64,000 nucleotides of DNA from Macrostomum lignano (taxonomy: Eukaryota), in assembly GCA_002269645.1 (NCBI GenBank), contig NIVC01003224.1:1-64000 (forward strand), given 5' to 3'. Below are positions 24,701-35,235 of this stretch, one piece after another. The position numbers were made by a program, and so were the translations under genes. Each line of letters starts with the position of its first letter. Position 1 is the stretch's first letter. Under the pieces are notes generated by a model. It was not told the DNA's origin, did not search any database, and saw only the letters and a program-made list of their open reading frames with translations.

Positions 24701-27700
24701 AGCTTCAAGCTTCAGGATTGGTTAGCTTCAAGCTTAAGGATCAGTGAGCTTCAAGCTTCAGGATTGGTGAGCTTCAAGCTTCAGGATTGGTGAGCTTCAA
24801 GCTTCAGGATCGGTGAGCTTCAAGCTTCAGGATCAGTGAGCTTCAAGCTTCAGGATCAGTGAGCTTCAAGCTTCAGGATCAGTGAGCTTCAAGATTCAGG
24901 ATCAGTGAGCTTTAAGCTTCAGGATCAGTGAGCTTCAAGCTTCAGGATCAGTGAGCTTCAAGCTTAAGGATCAGTGAGCTTCAAGCTTCAGGATCAGTGA
25001 GCTTCAAGCTTCAGGATCAGTGAGCTTCAAGCCTCAGGATCAGTGAGCTTCAAGCTTCAGGATTGGTGAGCTTCAAGCTTCAGGATTGGTGAGCTTCAAG
25101 CTTCAGGATTGGTGAGCTTCAAGCTTCAGGATCAGTGAGCTTCAAGCTTCAGGATCAGTGAGCTTCAAGATTCAGGATCAGTGAGCTTCAAGATTCAGGA
25201 TCAGTGAGCTTTAAGCTTCAGGATCAGTGAGCTTCAAGCTTCAGGATCAGTGAGCTTCAAGCTTCAGGATCAGTGAGCTTCAAGATTCAGGATCAGTGAG
25301 CTTCAAGCTTCAGGATCAGTGAGCTTCAAGCTTCAGGATCAGTGAGCTTCAAGCTTCAGGATTGGTGAGCTTCAAGCTTCAGGATCAGTGAGCTTCAAGC
25401 TTCATGATCGGTGAGCTTCAAGCTTCAGGATTGGTGAGCTTCAAGCTTCAGGATCAGTGAGCTTCAAGCTTCAGGATTGGTGAGTTTCGAGCTTCAGGAT
25501 TGGTTAGCTTCAAGCTTAAGGATCAGTGAGCTTCAAGCTTCAGGATCAGTGAGCTTCAAGCTTCAGGATCAGTGAGCTTCAAGCTTCAGGATCAGTGAGC
25601 TTCAAGATTCAGGATCAGTGAGCTTTAAGCTTCAGGATCAGTGAGCTTCAAGCTTCAGGATCAGTGAGCTTCAAGCTTCAGGATCAGTGAGCTTCAAGAT
25701 TCAGGATCAGTGAGCTTCAAGCTTCAGGATCAGTGAGCTTCAAGCTTCAGGATCAGTGAGCTTCAAGCTTCAGGATTGGTGAGCTTCAAGCTTCAGGATC
25801 AGTGAGCTTCAAGCTTCATGATCGGTGAGCTTCAAGCTTCAGGATTGGTGAGCTTCAAGCTTCAGGATCAGTGAGCTTCAAGCTTCATGATCGGTGAGCT
25901 TCAAGCTTCAGGATCAGTGAGTTTCAAGCTTCAGGATCATCGAGCTTCAAGCTTCATGATCGGTGAGCTTCAAGCTTCAGGATCAGTGAGTTTCAAGCTT
26001 CAGGATCAGTGAGCTTCAAGCTTCAGGATCAGTGAGCTTCAAGCTTCAGGATCAGTGAGTTTCGAGCTTCAGGATCAGTGAGCTTCAAGCTTCATGATCG
26101 GTGAGCTTCAAGCTTCAGGATCGGTGAGCTTCAAGCTTCATGATCGGTGAGCTTCAAGCTTCAGGATCAGTGAGTTTCAAGCTTCAGGATCAGTGAGCTT
26201 CAAGCTTCAGGATCAGTGAGCTTCAAGCTTCAGGATCAGTGAGCTTCAAGCTTCAGGATCAGTGAGCTTCAAGCTTCATGATCGGTGAGCTTCAAGCTTC
26301 AGGATCGGTGAGCTTCAAGCTTAAGGATCGGTGAGCTTCAAGCTTCAGGATCGGTGAGCTTCAAGCTTCAGGATCGGTGAGCTTCAAGCTTCAGGATTGG
26401 TTAGCTTCAAGCTTCAGGATCAGTGAGCTTCAAGCTTCAGGATTGGTGAGCTTCAAGCTTCAGGATTGGTGAGCTTCAAGCTTCAGGATCGGTGAGCTTC
26501 AAGCTTCAGGATCAGTGAGCTTCAAGCTTCAGGATTGGTTAGCTTCAAGCTTCATGATCAGTGAGCTTCAAGCTTCAGGATTGGTTAGCTTCAAGCTTCA
26601 TGATCAGTGAGCTTCAAGCTTCAGGATCATCGAGCTTCAAGCTTCAGGATCAGTGAGCTTCAAGCTTCAGGATCAGTGAGCTTCAAGCTTCAGGATCAGT
26701 GAGCTTCAAGCTTCAGGATTGGTGAGTTTCGAGCTTCAGGATTGGTTAGCTTCAAGCTTAAGAATCAGTGAGCTTCAAGCTTCAGGATCAGTGAGCTTCA
26801 AGCTTCAGGATCAGTGAGCTTCAAGCTTCAGGATCAGTGAGCTTCAAGATTCAGGATCAGTGAGCTTTAAGCTTCAGGATCAGTGAGCTTCAAGCTTCAG
26901 GATCAGTGAGCTTCAAGCTTCAGGATCAGTGAGCTTCAAGATTCAGGATCAGTGAGCTTCAAGCTTCAGGATCAGTGAGCTTCAAGCTTCAGGATCAGTG
27001 AGCTTCAAGCTTCAGGATTGGTGAGCTTCAAGCTTCAGGATCAGTGAGCTTCAAGCTTCATGATCGGTGAGCTTCAAGCTTCAGGATTGGTGAGCTTCAA
27101 GCTTCAGGATCAGTGAGCTTCAAGCTTCATGATCGGTGAGCTTCAAGCTTCAGGATCAGTGAGTTTCAAGCTTCAGGATCATCGAGCTTCAAGCTTCATG
27201 ATCGGTGAGCTTCAAGCTTCAGGATCAGTGAGTTTCAAGCTTCAGGATCAGTGAGCTTCAAGCTTCAGGATCAGTGAGCTTCAAGCTTCAGGATCAGTGA
27301 GTTTCAAGCTTCAGGATCAGTGAGTTTCAAGCTTCATGATCGGTGAGCTTCAAGCTTCAGGATCGGTGAGCTTCAAGCTTCATGATCGGTGAGCTTCAAG
27401 CTTCAGGATCAGTGAGTTTCAAGCTTCAGGATCAGTGAGCTTCAAGCTTCAGGATCAGTGAGCTTCAAGCTTCAGGATCAGTGAGCTTCAAGCTTCAGGA
27501 TCAGTGAGCTTCAAGCTTCAGGATCAGTGAGCTTCAAGCTTCAGGATCGGTGAGCTTCAAGCTTCAGGATCGGTGAGCTTCAAGCTTCAGGATTGGTTAG
27601 CTTCAAGCTTCAGGATCAGTGAGCTTCAAGCTTCAGGATTGGTGAGCTTCAAGCTTCAGGATTGGTGAGCTTCAAGCTTCAGGATCGGTGAGCTTCAAGC

Positions 27701-29238
27701 TTCAGGATCAGTGAGCTTCAAGCTTCAGGATTGGTTAGCTTCAAGCTTAAGGATCAGTGAGCTTCAAGCTTCAGGATCAGTGAGCTTCAAGCTTCAGGAT
27801 CAGTGAGCTTCAAGCTTCAGGATCAGTGAGCTTCAAGCTTCAGGATCAGTGAGCTTCAAGCTTCAGGATTGGTGAGTTTCGAGCTTCAGGATTGGTTAGC
27901 TTCAAGCTTAAGGATCAGTGAGCTTCAAGCTTCAGGATCAGTGAGCTTCAAGCTTCAGGATCAGTGAGCTTCAAGCTTCAGGATTGGTGAGCTTCAAGCT
28001 TCAGGATTGGTGAGCTTCAAGCTTCAGGATCAGTGAGCTTCAAGCTTCAGGATCAGTGAGCTTCAAGATTCAGGATCAGTGAGCTTCAAGCTTCAGGATC
28101 AGTGAGCTTCAAGCTTCAGGATCAGTGAGCTTCAAGCTTCAGGATCAGTGAGCTTCAAGATTCAGGATCAGTGAGCTTCAAGCTTCAGGATTGGTGAGCT
28201 TCAAGCTTCAGGATCAGTGAGCTTCAAGCTTCAGGATCAGTGAGCTTCAAGATTCAGGATCAGTGAGCTTCAAGCTTCAGGATCAGTGAGCTTCAAGCTT
28301 CAGGATCAGTGAGCTTCAAGATTCAGGATCAGTGAGCTTCAAGCTTCAGGATCAGTGAGCTTCAAGCTTCAGGATCAGTGAGCTTCAAGCTTCAGGATCA
28401 GTGAGCTTCAAGATTCAGGATCAGTGAGCTTCAAGCTTCAGGATCAGTGAGCTTCAAGCTTCAGGATCAGTGAGCTTCAAGCTTCAGGATCAGTGAGCTT
28501 CAAGCTTCAGGATTGGTGAGATTCAAGCTTCAGGATCAGTGAGCTTCAAGCTTCAGGATCAGTGAGCTTCAAGCTTCAGGATCAGTGAGCTTCAAGCTTC
28601 AGGATCAGTGAGCTTCAAGCTTCAGGATCAGTGAGCTTCAAGCTTCAGGATCAGTGAGCTTCAAGCTTCAGGATTGGTGAGATTCAAGCTTCAGGATCAA
28701 AGGATCAGGATCTAAAAAAAGTCAGATTTTGCGAACTTTCGTCCAAAGTTGCTGGCGCCTCAATCCTGTCAACGCTCCAGCGAAACGGCCCCAACAAATG
28801 GCCAGAGTCCAGTCGCAAATAGCCAGCGTGAACCTCCTTGGGCACGGCTGGCGAGATGCCGGGCTGTCCCAGTGCCGGCTGCAACGGCGCAGGAGGTGCA
28901 GGAGGAGGCGGCGGCGGCGGAGGAGGCTGCGCAGCAGGCTGATGAGGCAAAAGGTTTGCCAGCTGGTTGCCACCCTTACGGATGGAAAAATTTTGACCGC
29001 TCTCCGTTACGGCAGGAGCTGCTGTTGTTGATGCCGCTGCTGCCGGACCGTCTTGAACAGCTGACCGTCTGGCTGAGAAGCTTTGAGACGGTTCTAAACT
29101 GTCTCGAAATTTTGGCGTCTCAGCGTCTTCTTCAGCCTCATCATCGTAGCTGGCCCATCTATTAGAGTCTGACGGAGGCTGACGGACCAGTCGAGAGCCG
29201 AGCCGCTCAACAAATTGTTCTTCTGGGTCTTCTTCGCG

Positions 29239-29273
<35 letters not shown>

Positions 29274-29276
29274 GCT

Positions 29277-29308
<32 letters not shown>

Positions 29309-29547
29309 TGCTGCTGCTGTTGCTCCCTCTGAGTGAGAAACATTCGATAGGACTCGTTCTCAGCATCACCCGATGCATGAATCGATTGTCTCGACTGCTG
29401 CTGCTCAGCCTTCTCCTCTTCATCAATGACATCGTCCTCTTCAAGGCCCTCCCAGCGACCGGGGTCAGCAGCAATGCTGATCCTGTTGTCGGCCGCGGTG
29501 GACAAGAAGTCGCCGCTGAGAGCGGCGCCATCATCGGCGGCTTGCAT
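16517..29547 (-). CDS. Unknown poly-Q/proline-rich coiled-coil protein; proposed exons 29547-28737, 23662-23415, 21999-21833, 19977-19525, 19072-18358, 17377-17272, 16713-16517
   Basis: GC-rich exons with GT-AG ends; coiled-coil segments YEMLQEYMQENESLRTEN..LREQ|DLLARENRRLAERL and LWDRLLLLLASRVEGLAQQLRL|DVNRLNESLKSELQELD. Two joins need one-base homopolymer corrections (about 23415 and 18525). Terminal exons uncertain; no family recognised. Confidence 0.7.
16843..17022 (-). mobile_element. CORE-like SINE copy 2 (3'-truncated)
   Basis: Reverse complement of tRNA head plus CORE-like domain. Confidence 0.88.
17445..18275. repeat. About 22-bp minisatellite with two sub-arrays (GACTGGGCGCCATTTCCCTCTT, then GACTGGGTGCTATTTTCCCTTT)
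   Basis: Directly visible; fills the intron 17378-18357. Confidence 0.95.
19219..19459 (-). mobile_element. CORE-like SINE copy 3
   Basis: Head GGGTTGTAGCCCAGTCGTTAGAGCG on the minus strand plus CORE-like and tail segments. Confidence 0.9.
20085..21755. repeat. GC-rich about 21-bp minisatellite (CTGTAGCTGGCGCCCCCCT)n, intronic
   Basis: Directly visible; explains the GAPATEGG and RGRQLQ pseudo-ORFs. Confidence 0.95.
22100..22500. repeat. 12-bp tandem repeat (GAGTTCTATCTT)n, degenerating rightwards
   Basis: Directly visible. Confidence 0.93.
22681..22958 (-). mobile_element. CORE-like SINE copy 4 (apparently full length)
   Basis: Minus strand GGGTTGTAGCCCAGTGGTTAGAGC...GGTTCGATTCCCG...GTCGGTTGCACATCTGGCCTA. 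Confidence 0.92.
23680..28700. repeat. 5-kb 23-bp satellite (TGAGCTTCAAGCTTCAGGATCAG)n, about 218 units, HindIII site in most units, intronic
   Basis: Directly visible; fills almost all of intron 23663-28736. Confidence 0.98.
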
Positions 29548-30224
29548 GGTTCAGCTGTCTGTCTGTTTAGTTGGACTCAGGCTACAGTTTTCTGTCGTTC
29601 TTGCTAGGAGAGTGTGAAATATTGCGATGAGCTAGCTCAGTTGCCAGAAAGCGATCAGAGCCAGTTGGGGGGCAGTGTGCAGTGCTCAGTGCTCAGTGTT
29701 CGCAGTGCTGATGGGGAGAGGAGATTGAAGAGAACTGGGTGCACACAATAGCCGCTGTGCCTTGCTGTAAGAGAGTTTGCTTTTGGATAGTGCCCCGTTG
29801 GTTCTTTTCCTACCTTCTCTTCTGGGCGCCTCTTTAGACTCTGGCTGTAGACGCAGGTAAGAATGAGCGCTTTTTTGCTGTCCCTGTCTATCTTCTTTTA
29901 TGGCTTGGTCAATGGCAGCTAGGTGCACAGTCGTTGTCTGAAAAGCTATAAACCCGTGTTTAAACCTTTCCAATCTCTATGTAAGCTCTCACCTGCCCCG
30001 TGTCTCTCTCTATTCATTTCTGAGCCGTATGCACAAATATCTCTCTGTCATGGTGCACGATTGCCGAGATAGACTTCAAAACCAATTCCTTTCTCGAATG
30101 AGCGTGTGCTTGAGCTGTTTTTTCTCTGGTTGCTAGGAGAGGGGCAGCATCAACGGTTAATGCTGCTCTTTTTAATTGCGGTCCGAAATTTCAGACTGGG
30201 ATTCTTACATCCCAGTCCTCCTTC

Positions 30225-31035
30225 AACTGGGGTCCTTCTGTTTTCAACTGGGGTCCTTCTGTCTTCAACTGGGGTCCGTCTGTCTTTAACTGGGGTCCTT
30301 CTGTCTTCAACTGGGGTCCTTCTGTCTTCAACTGGGGTCATTCTGTCTTCAACTGGGGTCCTTCTGTCTTCAACTGGGGTCCTTCTGTCTTCAACTGGGG
30401 TCCTTCTGTTTTCAACTGGGGTCATTCTGTCTTCAACTGGGGTCATTCTGTTTTCAACTGGGGTCATTCTGTCTTCAACTGGGGTCCTTCTGTTTTCAAC
30501 TGGGGTCATTCTGTCTTCAACTGGGGTCCTTCTGTCTTCAACTGGGGTCCTCCTGTCTTCAACTGGGGTCCGTCTGTCTTCAACTGGGGTCATTCTGTCT
30601 TCAACTGGGGTCCTTCTGTCTTCAACTGGGGTCCGTCTGTCTTTAACTGGGGTCCGTCTGTCTTCAACTGGGGTCCGTCTGTCTTCAACTGGGGTCCTTC
30701 TGTTTTCAACTGGGGTCATTCTGTCTTCAACTGGGGTCCTTCTGTCTTCAACTGGGGTCCTTCTGTCTTCAACTGGGGTCCTTCTGTCTTCAACTGGGAT
30801 CCTTCTGTCTTCAACTGGGGTCCGTCTGTCTTCAACTGGGGTCATTCTGTCTTCAACTGGGGTCCTTCTGTCTTCAACTGGGGTCATTCTGTCTTCAACT
30901 GGGGTCCTTCTGTCTTCAACTGGGGTCCTCCTGTCTTCAACTGGGGTCCGTCTGTCTTCAACTGGGGTCCGTCTGTCTTCAACTGGGGTCCTTCTGTCTT
31001 CAACTGGGGTCCTTCTGTTTTCAACTGGGGTCCTT
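30225..31035. repeat. 21-bp minisatellite (TCTTCAACTGGGGTCCTTCTG)n between divergently oriented genes
   Basis: Directly visible; about 38 units. Confidence 0.96.
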
Positions 31036-31799
31036 CTACCATTTGTGTTCCTTCTGTTTTTTGCATTCCATCATCCATCCGGTGCATTGCTTGGAAAATC
31101 ATACTCACATAATATTTTCCAGAAAAAAATCAGGCAATTAGAAAAGTAATTAAAAAAAATTAGAAATGTTATTTGTCCATGGATGCGTGATCATTAGTTC
31201 GGAAATTCTTGAAACTCGCCTATTGGAAAGGCTTGATGTATGGTTACTACTATTGACAGAAATTAGCACGCGAAGCCGTCTGTATGGACTAATAACTCTT
31301 CCTTGAAATCATCGCCAGCTACTCACAATTATATCCCATGACAGCTAATGAGGTCTCTTTACTAGGTAGCGTGACAGGGACGGACATTACCGGAGCAATT
31401 CTTATTGGTAATAATGATGATTACTGGGATGGCGACAGATGAGGCAGGCTGCTGGGAATCTGAATGTATCGGAATGTATCTGTTTTGGTCTCCATCTTTC
31501 TAACAAACTTAGTTTCCTTCTCACGTGATTTAAAGCCGTTTTACTTTCGGAACGACACTTGACCCCCTCCTGTTAGGGCTGCTTCACGCCTCTATGAAAT
31601 GTCACATTAATGTTACAAAAGTTCAATAAATTACTTCAGTCAAGGCGCACGCACTCAGCAGGGCTTTTTGAACAGTCAAACCGCATTCGCTTCAACCTCA
31701 GAGCCAATCAGAGGCCAGCAAGCAGCGACCGACTGTTCGATAAGGCAGCTCTGCCAGCCTGTGAGCAGCTCGCACAGACCGGGTGAGTCAGTTCAAGCC

Positions 31800-33578
31800 A
31801 TGCAGAATTGCCGGTGTAGCAACACGGAGCAGCAGCTGTCAAAGGAGGTCTGGCAGCTGCGCAGCAACAATCGCTTCAAGACGGCTGGCGGCGACAGCGC
31901 CAACGCGACGCGAACAAAAGAATTGGACGTTGGCGCGTCGCGGGTCCGAGCTGCCGTCGGCGGCAGCAGGCCGGCCAATGCGCGCGAGATTCTGCTGCAA
32001 TTCTGCCGCGGCACCAGCCTGCGCGGCATTCCAAGAATCGTGTCCGCCGATTTCGGCGCGGTCCGCCTGCTCTGGCTGGTGTCCGTATCGCTGCTCGTGC
32101 TTGCCTGCTCTGTTAACCTGTACTTCATCATCAAGCTGTACTTTGCCAGAGACGTGGTGCAGCTTCCGGGCCAAGCCTTCAGACCCGACGCCAAGTTTCC
32201 ATCCGTGACGGTGTGCAACCAGGTGCCTCTGTCGCTCCGTGGCCACGGCCTCATCAACAGAAGAGGCTGGCGGCCTCCCAGAGAGTTCTGGAAGGCCGTG
32301 TGGAAGCAGAACCGGCAGTCTGTTGACGTCAATCTGAGTCAAGCCGATCGGCACAACCTGCAGGTGTACGCGCCTGGTTTCCTGTCGCTCAATGCCTATT
32401 TCGCCAACATCCCGCTGGGATTTCAACCAGCCGAGCTTGGCTTCTCCCAGCGGGAGCTCATCCGCAACTGCTTCCTGCTCATCCGGGAGCTGTCCGGCGA
32501 GCCGCCAGTGAGAAGTCCGAAATGTGCCGACATGGGCGAGTGGCGGAGGATCTACCACCAGAACTGGCTGAACTGCTTCACCTACACTGTCAGCGAGCAC
32601 GTCCGGGATCCAGTGATTGAGCTGGAGATGCGGCTGTTCCTCGGCCACGATCTGGAAGTTAAATGCGACGACTGCATGAAGATGGACGTCAACACGCAGG
32701 TGCGAGGCGCCACCATCGTGCTGCACCCCAGAGGCTCGTTCCCGGACGTGAGCAGGAACGGATTCAACGCCTATCCGGGCACCCTCACGCAGGTTCGCTT
32801 CGAAACCATCAACTGGACTCGGCTGGGCTGGCCGTACGGCAGCTGCAGCTTCAACGCGCCGTCGTCTCTGAGCATCGGAGGTGAACGCTTCGCCTACTCG
32901 CGCGAGGCCTGCCTGAAGCAGCTCGGCCAGCTGCAGATTGAGGAGCAGTGCAACTGCACTTTTGCCTTCCTGTTGCACCGCTCGGCTAATCAATCTGGAC
33001 TATGCGAACGACTCGACGGCGACATCAACAACTTCAGCGCCGAAGGACTGTCCAAAGCCCTTCGCAGAACGCGCTGCGCTATGAAACTCATTTTCCAGGA
33101 GGCGCACAGCCAGTGCCCGCAGCCGTGTAACTATCAGTCCTACCAGGCGTCCGCCACGCAGACACAGTGGCCCCGTCACTCCATGCAGCTGCACCTGTTC
33201 GAGAGCGAGCTGCTCCCCAATTTGGCCATCAACCTGACGCGAAAAGCTCCAAAGAATCGCACCATCTGGTCACTTGAGGACGAAGTTCGAGAGGCCTACT
33301 TGGAGGTGAAGAGGCTGAATCAACAGGGCGGTCCAGCAGCCGCGGCGGACTACCTGAGCCGCACCGGCTTGGTCTCGCGCAGCTTCGTCACAGTTCGGGT
33401 CACGCGAGACAATTTCCACGTGACCCAGGTTGTGGACAAGCCGGTGCAGACTCTGGCCTCCACGATCGGTCAGGTTGGCGGCCTGCTGTCCATGTGGCTG
33501 GGCCTCACGCTTATCTGGCTTGTTGAGCTGATGGAGCTGTCCCTGCGGCTGTTGAGACTGCTCTGCGGAACTTGTTGA
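31800..33578 (+). CDS. DEG/ENaC family sodium channel, intronless, about 592 aa from first ATG
   Basis: Pre-TM1 FCRGTSLRGIPRI, TM1, FPSVTVCN, CFTY, cysteine-rich thumb (C..YSREACLK..CNC..CPQPC..QSY), TM2 QVGGLLSMWLGLTLIWLVEL; uninterrupted ORF 31668-33578. Confidence 0.93.
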   Translation: MQNCRCSNTEQQLSKEVWQLRSNNRFKTAGGDSANATRTKELDVGASRVRAAVGGSRPANAREILLQFCRGTSLRGIPRIVSADFGAVRLLWLVSVSLLVLACSVNLYFIIKLYFARDVVQLPGQAFRPDAKFPSVTVCNQVPLSLRGHGLINRRGWRPPREFWKAVWKQNRQSVDVNLSQADRHNLQVYAPGFLSLNAYFANIPLGFQPAELGFSQRELIRNCFLLIRELSGEPPVRSPKCADMGEWRRIYHQNWLNCFTYTVSEHVRDPVIELEMRLFLGHDLEVKCDDCMKMDVNTQVRGATIVLHPRGSFPDVSRNGFNAYPGTLTQVRFETINWTRLGWPYGSCSFNAPSSLSIGGERFAYSREACLKQLGQLQIEEQCNCTFAFLLHRSANQSGLCERLDGDINNFSAEGLSKALRRTRCAMKLIFQEAHSQCPQPCNYQSYQASATQTQWPRHSMQLHLFESELLPNLAINLTRKAPKNRTIWSLEDEVREAYLEVKRLNQQGGPAAAADYLSRTGLVSRSFVTVRVTRDNFHVTQVVDKPVQTLASTIGQVGGLLSMWLGLTLIWLVELMELSLRLLRLLCGTC

Positions 33579-33644
33579 ATGCAATGTAACTAATATAATA
33601 ATTAATATAATTGATTACACCTGCCCTGCAATTGGGCCCGAAGT

Positions 33645-33852
33645 GCGACAGACAGCTCAGCCGCAGCTATTGCGCGGCGCATCTGAAGGCTGCGTGCGGC
33701 TGTTCAGTCCAAGGACTGGGGGGTCACCACACACACCCAATTACCCCAGCTAATGCTGGCACCCATTTTACAGCTGGTTGAACTGACAATGCAGAGTAAG
33801 TGTCTTTTGCTCAAGGACACACATTGTTCCTGTGGAATCGGGAATCGAACCC
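33645..33852 (-). mobile_element. CORE-like SINE copy 5 (head truncated)
   Basis: Tail and CORE-like domain, B-box remnant GGTTCGATTCCCG on the minus strand. Confidence 0.88.
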
Positions 33853-34100
33853 GCAATGCATGTTGTGAAGTACATGTAGCTTTTGTGTCAATGTACATGT
33901 AGTCAAATTGCCTGTCTCTTCAGCGCTGGATATGGGGCGCCCGCAGCCCTTTCCACCAAAGAGAGCACGAGCGTAACTGGTTTCCATAGACGAAACCTGA
34001 AGTTGGTGAATAATTTTTGTTATTGATGCAATTAGACTAATTAGCATTTCTACTTTTTAAAAACTCTAGTCTAGTTTATTCAATCCGTAACTCAACCAAA

Positions 34101-34856
34101 ATGAATGTCAGTCTATCAGAGTCGTCAGCTTACAAAATATGGAAAAGTTTGTCATTCATGTGCGAAAACTCGCGCCTAATTCCTGGACAAATGGTGTGCA
34201 ACTTCTTCATCAAGTATCTGACAACGAATTCTTATTTCGCGAAGCAGCGCGGCGGCAAGACCAGCTTGCCATGGAAGTCCATGGTGAAGGCCAACCTCAC
34301 TGAGCTAACTGTATTTCTGTCTACACAGAATTCCCCTTCCGATGCCGTGGATGAGTGTAAATTCCACAGGCTGTGGCAACTGATGCACCTGGATAACATG
34401 ACCGTGTTCTTTGAGAAAATTATCGAGCTAATTGACGAATCAGCACCCCTGAACGACTACGTGCTGACTAGTAAGAGGATGTTCGCTGCACTATCCAGTG
34501 TTGTGAAGCCAGAACAGGCCTCCGTTATTGACTTTCTGCACTACATCTGCTATTTCTATTGCGGCACTTCGCCAGGGTTTCTGCACAAGCACGAGACCAT
34601 TCTGCTGCTGCAGGACATCTGTCGCGACTGGGGCACAATATTTGACAGGATTTACAGCTTCCTCGAGGTGCACAATCAGGGCGCGGTGACTAGCGAGCTG
34701 ATTGAGACTCGCTGCCCGATGCTGCCGATCGAGGAATCGGCAGTTCAGGAGGACAGGAACCAGGTTGTTGTTGTTTCCAAGGAAGATTTCTGCAATAACA
34801 TGCGACAGAAAATACCGGCCGTGCTTTGCGGCTGCAAGATTGAAATTATCGTGTAG
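34101..34856 (+). CDS. Intronless 251-aa ORF of unknown function
   Basis: ATG to TAG, non-repetitive, higher GC than flanks, globular-looking composition; no confident family assignment. Confidence 0.7.
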   Translation: MNVSLSESSAYKIWKSLSFMCENSRLIPGQMVCNFFIKYLTTNSYFAKQRGGKTSLPWKSMVKANLTELTVFLSTQNSPSDAVDECKFHRLWQLMHLDNMTVFFEKIIELIDESAPLNDYVLTSKRMFAALSSVVKPEQASVIDFLHYICYFYCGTSPGFLHKHETILLLQDICRDWGTIFDRIYSFLEVHNQGAVTSELIETRCPMLPIEESAVQEDRNQVVVVSKEDFCNNMRQKIPAVLCGCKIEIIV

Positions 34857-35099
34857 CTTCGGATCTGATGCAGCAAACGGAGTGAATTCAGCATCGGTAA
34901 TGAAAATATTAACTTAATTGTTTAACGGCAATAATCACCTGTAGCATTGAAACAGGGATCGGCAAACTCTGGACCCGATCAGGTCCTTTCAACTTCCGAC
35001 CCACTCAAAGTTTGTATCTTCTCTTTCTTTCTCTTTCTCACCAGGCCCGCAGCTATGAGCTACATCATTTGCCTGGCTCTTGAGGTAAATTATTTCCTG

Positions 35100-35235
35100 G
35101 CTCTTGAGGATACGAGAAGAGAGAGATGAACTAGGAGTGAAGAGAGAAGAGAGAGGAGAGGATAGGAGAGGAGAGAAGAGAGAGAGAGAAGAGAAGAGAG
35201 AGATGAGAGGAGAAGAGAGAAGATTAGAGTACTGT
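35100..35235. repeat. GA-rich simple repeat
   Basis: GAGAAGAGAGAG... tract. Confidence 0.9.

Noticed and set aside
30106-31149. 347-aa hydrophobic ORF (STGVLLS)n and antisense (TPVEDRR)n
   Set aside because: 21-bp repeat translation; the frame that has a natural ATG upstream hits stops within the array.
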